DNA of 59,133 nucleotides from a virus: IMG/VR virus record IMGVR_UViG_3300002098_000039; one strand, 5' to 3'. Shown piece by piece: positions 53,752 to 59,133 of this stretch (position 1 is its first letter; each line of letters starts with the position of its first letter). The notes under the pieces were generated by a model. It saw only the letters and a program-made list of their open reading frames with translations, ran no database searches and was not told where the DNA came from. The position numbers and the translations under genes were made by a program.

Positions 53752-54051
53752 GTGCGCACAATTGAAGATATTATAAAAGAAGCTAACGGAAAGGGTTTGA
53801 CTCTATCCAATTTGTTCCAACTGACTACTTTAGGGGGCACAACCACAATGCCAGCGCGGGCTACCGGAGAATGGCGGGCCAATTTTAAACACGCCACAGG
53901 ATGGCACGATTATGGACGCGGTGATTCAGCGGTAGAAGCATTGGAAGATGCTTTGGCGCGGTGCCGAGGTGCTAAGGGGCCGGAGAACAGGCCGATACCG
54001 AAGGTGGTGAAGGCCGCTGTCGAAAGTGTGGAAGTGGATGATCTAATTTAA
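53752..54051 (+). CDS. Hypothetical protein (GTG 53752 preferred; the ORF track starts at TTG 53716)
   Basis: SD AAGGAG at 53739-53744, 7 nt before the GTG. Confidence 0.45.
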   Translation: MRTIEDIIKEANGKGLTLSNLFQLTTLGGTTTMPARATGEWRANFKHATGWHDYGRGDSAVEALEDALARCRGAKGPENRPIPKVVKAAVESVEVDDLI

Positions 54052-55235
54052 TGAACAAAGTCATGAGTCTGGATTTTGAGACTAGGAGCGAAGCTGACCT
54101 TAAGAAAGTCGGAGCGCACCAATATTTTGAGCATCCTAGTACCACAATTCTTTGCGCCGGGTATTCTTTCGACGGGGAAGAACCACATCTCTGGCTTCCC
54201 GGTGATCCGATGAGCGATGTTCAGGATATTATCGACCATGTGAAATCAGGTGGTATCATCGCCGCATGGAATGCGAATTTCGAGCGTTTAGCTTGGAAAA
54301 ACGTCATGACAAAGAGATTTAATTTCCCGCCGGTAGCCGATCACCAGTGGCAATGCACCATGACGGAATCGCTTGCTATGAATATGCCAGCGCAGCTTAA
54401 AGACGCCGCTCCAGCTTTCGGCCTGAACATCGTGAAAGACGACATAGGTCATCGGCTGATGATGAAAATGTGCAAACCTCGAAAGCCGCGAAAAGACGAA
54501 GACCCGAACGCCATCCTGTGGCATGAAAAACCGGAGGATTTGTTAAGGCTGGGCGAATACTGCCGCCAGGACGTTCGGGTGGAGCATGAAATATCTAAGC
54601 GCGTGCTACGATTAAGGCCCAGTGAGCAGAAGCTTTACCTGCTGGATATGAAAATCAATGACCGGGGCGTGTATATCGACAAAAAGCTGTGTGAAGCCGC
54701 CGAGGTTATCGTTAAAACGGCTACAGCGCGTTTAGACGATGAGATGAAGCGGGTGACAGGCGGAGCGGTTGGCGCCTGCACAAACGTCACACAGTTGGTG
54801 CAATGGATGGGTAGCAGGGGCGTGAAGACGGAGAGCGTCGATAGGGAGAGTATTGAGGATTTGCTGATCTTGGAATTGCCCGCTGATTGCAGGCGCGCCT
54901 TGGAACTGCGGCAGGAAGGGTCTAAGACTTCGACGGCCAAGATTGGCTCGATGCTGGCGCGGCGGCAGGCTGACGGTCGGATGCGGGGAAATTTGCAATT
55001 TTGTGGTGCAAGTCAGACAATTCGCTGGGCCGCAAGAGGCGCGCAACTTCAGAATCTTACTCGGCCCCAGATACTAGGCAGCAAAGCTTTTGACGGTATT
55101 GATTTGGAAGAGCAGATCGAGAGCGCCATTAAAGCGGTGTACGGCGGTAGCAGTATCGTTATTGAATTGTTGTACGGCAGACCTATGACTTTAATCGCTG
55201 ATCTCGTCAGGAGTATGATATGCGCCGAGTGCTAA
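54051..55235 (+). CDS. DNA polymerase I family (family A), N-terminal part: 3'-5' exonuclease plus N-terminal polymerase subdomains
   Basis: Exo I LDFETRS, then ...WNANFERL..., then RWAARGAQLQNLTRP. Ends about 10 codons before motif A. Confidence 0.85.
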   Translation: MNKVMSLDFETRSEADLKKVGAHQYFEHPSTTILCAGYSFDGEEPHLWLPGDPMSDVQDIIDHVKSGGIIAAWNANFERLAWKNVMTKRFNFPPVADHQWQCTMTESLAMNMPAQLKDAAPAFGLNIVKDDIGHRLMMKMCKPRKPRKDEDPNAILWHEKPEDLLRLGEYCRQDVRVEHEISKRVLRLRPSEQKLYLLDMKINDRGVYIDKKLCEAAEVIVKTATARLDDEMKRVTGGAVGACTNVTQLVQWMGSRGVKTESVDRESIEDLLILELPADCRRALELRQEGSKTSTAKIGSMLARRQADGRMRGNLQFCGASQTIRWAARGAQLQNLTRPQILGSKAFDGIDLEEQIESAIKAVYGGSSIVIELLYGRPMTLIADLVRSMICAEC

Positions 55236-57121
55236 GGTCGTCCGATTTCAGCAATATCGAGGGTCGCATCGTCGCGTGGTTGGCCGGTCAGGAAGATAAG
55301 CTTGATGCTTTTCGAGCGTTTGATGCTGGGGAAGGACCGGATTTATATTTGGTAGCGGCAGCAGGTATATTTAACGTCTCTGTGAAAGATGCAAAGCCAT
55401 TTCGTCAGATCGGTAAGGTGGCGGAATTAGCATGTATAGCTGAAGGGCAAATGGTTCTTACTGATAAGGGTTTAGTTCCTATAGAGAAAGTACATAAAGG
55501 ATTAAAAGTTTGGGACGGCGCTTGCTTTGTAGCGCATGGCGGCGTAGTATATCGGGGTACAAAGGAGGTTATCACTTATGACGGACTCACCGCTACTCCG
55601 GACCACATCGTCTGGACGAAAGAAAAACGGACAATTCCTTTCGGGGAGTGCGCCCGCAAACAAATCCCCCTCTATGCGCCCCGACTTGATGCATCAAGTC
55701 TATGGATGGGTGAAAATCATATCACCGGAAGTTATATGGGAAGGGGGTCTCGACAAGAAAGGCCACATAGCTCATTACCCGAAAATAAAAGTTCAATGCA
55801 CGGGTTGTTCAGAAACAAAATGGATAGACATGAACAATCTTTTAAAAGGAAAAACAAAGGGATGTCAGCATTGCTCCCAACCCGTTCGTGCGCCACAATG
55901 GTTAGTGAAACGAGTTACATCTATGAAGGCGAGGTGCCAGAACACGAAAGACAAAGGCTACAAAAATTACGGTGGTCGGGGTATAGAATTTCGTTTTCCA
56001 TCGGTGATAGAAGGCGCGATATGGATAAAACAGAATTTAGGGTTAAAGAAAGAGCTAGAGTTAGACCGGAAGGACAACAATGGTCATTACGAAGCTGGAA
56101 ATCTCCGATACTGCACAAGGAGCGTAAACGCCACAAATCAGAGACGCTCAAAAATACAATTGCAAGATTTAGAATGGGCGCGAAGCCACAGCCCTTTTGC
56201 GTACCATACGACGGTTCATTACCTCGCGAAGAATCACCCGAAAGAAGCCATAGTAGGTTTGGCATTTCAAGCGGTGCTGTTGAAAAGAAAGAACTGGCGA
56301 GAAATACAAAGAAAATTGTCCGAGCTAGGGTATATGACATATTAAACGCAGGACCTAAGCATCGTTTTACCGTTTCAGGGGTTTTAGTACATAACTGCGG
56401 GTACGGAGGCGGAGCTAAAGCTTTTGCGAAAATGGCAAAGAATTACAGCGTTAGGATGGATCAACAATACGCAGGAATATGGGCCAATGTGTCAGAGGAT
56501 TTAAAGGATGAAGCGTTGGCAGCATGGGACGACCGGGGGCGCAAAACCGGTATGAGCGAAAAAGCATGGCTGGCATCCGAAGTTATAAAATTAGGTTGGC
56601 GAGCGAAGAATCACCGTATCGCCGCTTATTGGAAAGAAACCGAAGACGCTGTTGTCAAAGCTCTAAAGAACAAGGGCGAGATCATAACCTGTGGCAAAGT
56701 GCGTTTTCGGCAGGTAGGAAGTTTCCTATTTTGCATGTCGCCATCAGGGAATACCATCGCGTACCCGTACCCACGTCTTAAAGAGCAAGACACACCGTGG
56801 GGGGAAAAGCGTCCGCAGATAGTCTACAAATGCATAGATCAGTTTACGCGCAAATGGGGTGATACAACCACATACGGCGCAAGTGTTGTGGAGAATGAGA
56901 CACAATTCATCGCTCGTAATATCATGGCCGAAGCGATGCTGCGTGTAGATTCTGCCGGGTACAACGTCGTTCTCACAGTCCATGATGAAATTATAACGGA
57001 AGACGATGCTGACTTTGGCTCTATGGACGAATTCAACGCGCTGATGACGGAAGTACCGAGTTGGGCTAAAGGTTTGCCAATCAGCGTTGGCGGATGGGAA
57101 GGCAGCAGGTATCACAAGTGA
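55220..57121 (+). CDS. DNA polymerase family A, C-terminal part (motifs A, B, C), interrupted by an intein in motif B
   Basis: Motif A SDFSNIEGRIVAWLAG. Motif B FRQIGKVAELA|intein|CGYGGGAKAF. Motif C VLTVHDEII. SD AGGAG at 55209-55213. Confidence 0.85.
   Translation: MRRVLRSSDFSNIEGRIVAWLAGQEDKLDAFRAFDAGEGPDLYLVAAAGIFNVSVKDAKPFRQIGKVAELACIAEGQMVLTDKGLVPIEKVHKGLKVWDGACFVAHGGVVYRGTKEVITYDGLTATPDHIVWTKEKRTIPFGECARKQIPLYAPRLDASSLWMGENHITGSYMGRGSRQERPHSSLPENKSSMHGLFRNKMDRHEQSFKRKNKGMSALLPTRSCATMVSETSYIYEGEVPEHERQRLQKLRWSGYRISFSIGDRRRDMDKTEFRVKERARVRPEGQQWSLRSWKSPILHKERKRHKSETLKNTIARFRMGAKPQPFCVPYDGSLPREESPERSHSRFGISSGAVEKKELARNTKKIVRARVYDILNAGPKHRFTVSGVLVHNCGYGGGAKAFAKMAKNYSVRMDQQYAGIWANVSEDLKDEALAAWDDRGRKTGMSEKAWLASEVIKLGWRAKNHRIAAYWKETEDAVVKALKNKGEIITCGKVRFRQVGSFLFCMSPSGNTIAYPYPRLKEQDTPWGEKRPQIVYKCIDQFTRKWGDTTTYGASVVENETQFIARNIMAEAMLRVDSAGYNVVLTVHDEIITEDDADFGSMDEFNALMTEVPSWAKGLPISVGGWEGSRYHK
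55433..56395 (+). mobile_element. Class-1 intein (321 codons) in DNA polymerase motif B
   Basis: Block A CIAEGQMVLT, block B LTATPDHIVW, block F RVYDILNAGPKHRF, block G GVLVHN followed by Cys. Confidence 0.8.
55578..56345 (+). CDS. HNH homing endonuclease encoded in the +1 frame entirely inside the intein
   Basis: SD AAGGAGG at 55562-55568. Contains CTGC...CQHC, MKARCQNTKDKGYKNYGGRGIEF and LDRKDNNGHYEAGNLRYCTRSVNATNQRR. Confidence 0.75.
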   Translation: MTDSPLLRTTSSGRKKNGQFLSGSAPANKSPSMRPDLMHQVYGWVKIISPEVIWEGGLDKKGHIAHYPKIKVQCTGCSETKWIDMNNLLKGKTKGCQHCSQPVRAPQWLVKRVTSMKARCQNTKDKGYKNYGGRGIEFRFPSVIEGAIWIKQNLGLKKELELDRKDNNGHYEAGNLRYCTRSVNATNQRRSKIQLQDLEWARSHSPFAYHTTVHYLAKNHPKEAIVGLAFQAVLLKRKNWREIQRKLSELGYMTY

Positions 57122-57561
57122 GCGAGGCTACCCTTAAAGCGGAAATCATAGCACTCTCATTCTCTCAAGAATGGGCCGAAGCTAAACTTGAATGGTCGTT
57201 ATCTGCGATTTACGAAGCCGCTACGCCGCAAACATGCTTATGCGGTCATTTTCCTATTATCGAGATATGCGTACTTAATAACAAGCGCACTTGTGTTGAC
57301 GCCGAAGTGGGCAATTGCTGCGTTAAAAAATTCATCGGTTTACCGTCAGATAAAATATTCAGCGCCGTCAAACGCGTGAGAAAAGACCCGACTAAATCGC
57401 TTAACGCCGAAGCCATTTTCCATGCTTTTGATCGTAGCTGGCTGAACGCGTGGGAGAAAGATTTTTACTTAAACATCATGGGTAAGCGCGTTCTTACTGA
57501 GAAACAGCAGCTTAAAAAGCGACAGGTGAATAATCTGATACTAGCTAATATGCGAAAATAG
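57118..57561 (+). CDS. Hypothetical Cys-rich protein (GTG 57118 overlaps the polymerase stop; the ORF track starts at 57094)
   Basis: ORF with CLCGH...CVDAEVGNCCVKKF. Confidence 0.5.
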   Translation: MSEATLKAEIIALSFSQEWAEAKLEWSLSAIYEAATPQTCLCGHFPIIEICVLNNKRTCVDAEVGNCCVKKFIGLPSDKIFSAVKRVRKDPTKSLNAEAIFHAFDRSWLNAWEKDFYLNIMGKRVLTEKQQLKKRQVNNLILANMRK

Positions 57562-57564
57562 TTC

Positions 57565-57578
57565 TTGCGTGTACGCAA
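57565..57578. promoter_or_regulatory. Third TTGCGT-N2-ACGCAA palindrome (TTGCGTGTACGCAA)
   Basis: Same half-sites as 53661-53674 and 53716-53729. Lies in the intergenic region upstream of 57651. Confidence 0.45.
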
Positions 57579-57650
57579 TAATTGTGTTTTATATAGCGGT
57601 AAGGAAAAACTGAATACCCACATCAGACTTGAAGATTAACAGAGGGAATT

Positions 57651-58514
57651 ATGACAAAAGAAAAATCACAAGCAGAACTAGAAATCGAAGCATTGGCTGA
57701 TGTGTTCGGCATTGCCACTACTGGCTTTGAAAAATTTGCTAAAGAGGCAAAGGAAAATTCATCCAGCGGCAACTCTTCGACAGCAGCCAGCAGCGGCTAC
57801 TCTTCGACAGCAGCCAGCAGCGGCGACTATTCGACAGCAGCCAGCAGCGGCGACTATTCGAAAGCAGCCAGCAGCGGCCACTCTTCGAAAGCAGCCAGCA
57901 GCGGCGACTATTCGACAGCAGAATCCTCTGGTGAGCACTCTGCCTGTACCTCCGTTGGCTATCGTGCTGCCGTCAAGGGCGATAAAGGCGATCTCCTGAT
58001 GGCATCTGAATACGCCAAAAAAGATGGCAAGATTATCCCCGTAGGCGGGAAAGCAGATATTGTAGATGGTAAAAAACTAAAAGCCGGACAGTGGTACATC
58101 GTGGAAAGCGGAGAATGGGTGGCCGTTGATTTTTCGGATGGTATTTTCTCCCGTGTAATTTCCAATAAGTCCGGCGTAAAGAAAGTTAAAACCGATGACG
58201 GCAAAATCCTGTTTGTCGTACAGGATGAAAATGGCAACTCTGCACACGGCAAGACGATCAAGGAAGCACGAGAAGATTTGATTTACAAGGCTGTTGCGAA
58301 GTTCGATGGCATACTCCCTAAGAAAGCCACTGGGGCTGAATGGGTCGGCATCTACCGCGCCGTTACCGGGGCTTGTAGTGCGGGTGTTCGTAACTTTGTG
58401 GAATCCACTGGCAAAAGCCTAGATGACACTTACACAGCCGAGCAGATTGCCACGCTGGTGGAAGGTCATTACGGCGCTGATAAATTCGCAGAGAAACTTA
58501 ATAAGGCATCGTAA
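57651..58514 (+). CDS. Protein with six SSG[NYDH][SY]S[TK]AA nonapeptide repeats and a globular C-terminal half
   Basis: ORF preceded by the conserved leader GACTTGAAGATTAACAGAGGGAA. Confidence 0.65.
   Translation: MTKEKSQAELEIEALADVFGIATTGFEKFAKEAKENSSSGNSSTAASSGYSSTAASSGDYSTAASSGDYSKAASSGHSSKAASSGDYSTAESSGEHSACTSVGYRAAVKGDKGDLLMASEYAKKDGKIIPVGGKADIVDGKKLKAGQWYIVESGEWVAVDFSDGIFSRVISNKSGVKKVKTDDGKILFVVQDENGNSAHGKTIKEAREDLIYKAVAKFDGILPKKATGAEWVGIYRAVTGACSAGVRNFVESTGKSLDDTYTAEQIATLVEGHYGADKFAEKLNKAS
57762..57923. repeat. 27-nt coding tandem repeat x6 (agc agc ggc NNc tMt tcg aMa gca gcc), plus one degenerate unit to 57950
   Basis: Direct inspection; period verified at 57762 and 57789. Confidence 0.85.
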
Positions 58515-58569
58515 GTAACCGAAGAGAGAATCCAGACGTGAAGATTAACAACAAAGAAGGATATTAAAA

Positions 58570-58956
58570 ATGAATATTGATGAATTGACTATCGGTGAAG
58601 CCAAAGAATTGGCGTGTTTGTTTGGCAAAAAAGATGCCGCGCCAACCACAGGTATTAATTGCAGTTCACTTACACGCAAGAAATGCATTATCCGCACCCA
58701 AAACGCAGGTGTACATTTCGGTGAATTGTCCGAGAAGTCTGGCAAAGAGGTCATCCTAAAAAATGCTCGTCGCCTCTGGTACTGGAAAACTGCAAACGGC
58801 GGTATTTCACTTAGTGAAGTAGCTAATGCTGGGCTGCACAAGGATAGCAAAGTTTGCGTTCCCGTGGATTTTATCTGGCTGGAAGCAATCGAGATTATCC
58901 CTTGCACCAAAGAGGCAATCAAAAATATTGAGGCATCCAATGAGTATAAAGCATAA
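58570..58956 (+). CDS. Conserved phage protein of unknown function (DUF6948-like)
   Basis: CIIRTQNAGVHFGEL...LKNARRLWYWKTANGGISLSEVANAGL...LEAIEIIPCT pattern. Confidence 0.55.
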   Translation: MNIDELTIGEAKELACLFGKKDAAPTTGINCSSLTRKKCIIRTQNAGVHFGELSEKSGKEVILKNARRLWYWKTANGGISLSEVANAGLHKDSKVCVPVDFIWLEAIEIIPCTKEAIKNIEASNEYKA

Positions 58957-59133
58957 GACGGAAATTTCCGGCGACGGCTCCGGCGACGGCTCCGGCTCCG
59001 GCTACGGCTCCGGCTCCGGCTACGGCTCCGGCTACGGCGACGGCTCCGGCTCCGGCTACGGCTCCGGCTCCGGCTCCGGCTACGGCTACGGCTCCGGCGA
59101 CGGCTCCGGCTCCGGCTCCGGCTACGGCTCCGG
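58940..59133 (+). CDS. 5' part of the (Gly-X)n repeat protein (MSIKHKTEIS + GX repeats); continues at nt 1 (or at nt 55 after removing the overlap)
   Basis: ATG 58940 with GAGG 6 nt upstream. Overlaps the upstream gene by 17 nt and is open to the window end. Confidence 0.6.
   Translation, partial: MSIKHKTEISGDGSGDGSGSGYGSGSGYGSGYGDGSGSGYGSGSGSGYGYGSGDGSGSGSGYGS
58967..59133. repeat. Hexanucleotide coding microsatellite GGC-[TCC|TAC|GAC]; also nt 1-94
   Basis: Every Gly codon is GGC. X codons are TCC, TAC or GAC, apart from a final TCT. Confidence 0.9.

Noticed and set aside
55202-55232. Programmed -1 ribosomal frameshift joining the two DNA-polymerase ORFs
   Set aside because: There is no X_XXY_YYZ slippery heptamer and no obvious downstream structure in the only window where a shift could occur. 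A good SD plus ATG for the second ORF favours separate initiation or a sequencing error. The anomaly itself is kept as a finding.
55921-56340. 139-codon antisense ORF inside the polymerase intein / HNH region
   Set aside because: Low-complexity translation with no start context. It runs opposite to the operon.
58967-59133. Highly regular short repeats at both window ends that might be taken for a CRISPR array or non-coding satellite
   Set aside because: The period is 6 nt with no spacers. The array is in frame with an ATG and SD and ends at a stop codon. It is a coding microsatellite, not a CRISPR array.

Overview
This window looks like one complete, circularly permuted dsDNA phage genome of about 59.08 kb. 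Nt 1-54 are identical to nt 59080-59133, and the cut falls inside a repeat gene whose reading frame runs across the junction. Two divergent arms leave a ~680-nt control region (42474-43152).

The minus-strand late arm (42473 down to 6760) follows a T7-like podovirus order:
- terS, then terL interrupted by an intein
- several small genes, then portal and scaffold
- a free-standing endonuclease-VII/HNH gene, then the major capsid
- adaptor/nozzle-like proteins and gp13-16-like internal virion proteins
- tail fibres
- a lysis cassette with a SleB-type hydrolase and a GTA-type 3-TM holin

The plus-strand early arm (43153 to the window end, continuing 1-6671) carries:
- small membrane and regulatory genes
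- RuvC, an SNF2 helicase, a DUF2800-type nuclease and an SSB-like protein
- a GapR homologue
- a family-A DNA polymerase split into two ORFs and carrying an intein
- two repeat proteins, a ligase-like enzyme and a C5 cytosine methyltransferase

Three genes are inverted inside this arm: prim-pol/helicase, an HTH repressor-like gene and a tyrosine integrase. The phage is therefore probably temperate. GapR, the GTA-type holin and the SleB hydrolase suggest an alphaproteobacterial host, which is inference only. I found no tRNA, rRNA or CRISPR array.

The most unusual observations are:
1. A complete HNH homing-endonuclease ORF in the +1 frame inside the DNA-polymerase intein, while the intein frame stays open.
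2. A second overprinted ORF with its own strong SD covering almost the whole methyltransferase gene.
3. A 78-codon gene encoding a strict (Gly-X)34 repeat.
4. A terL intein with the class-3 Trp-Cys-Thr signature and no N-terminal nucleophile.
5. The DNA polymerase broken into two overlapping ORFs just before motif A.
6. An ADP-ribosyltransferase-fold-like segment in an internal virion protein.
7. Several families of palindromic operator-like repeats and conserved intergenic junction sequences.

All family assignments come from motif recognition by eye. No database search was possible.
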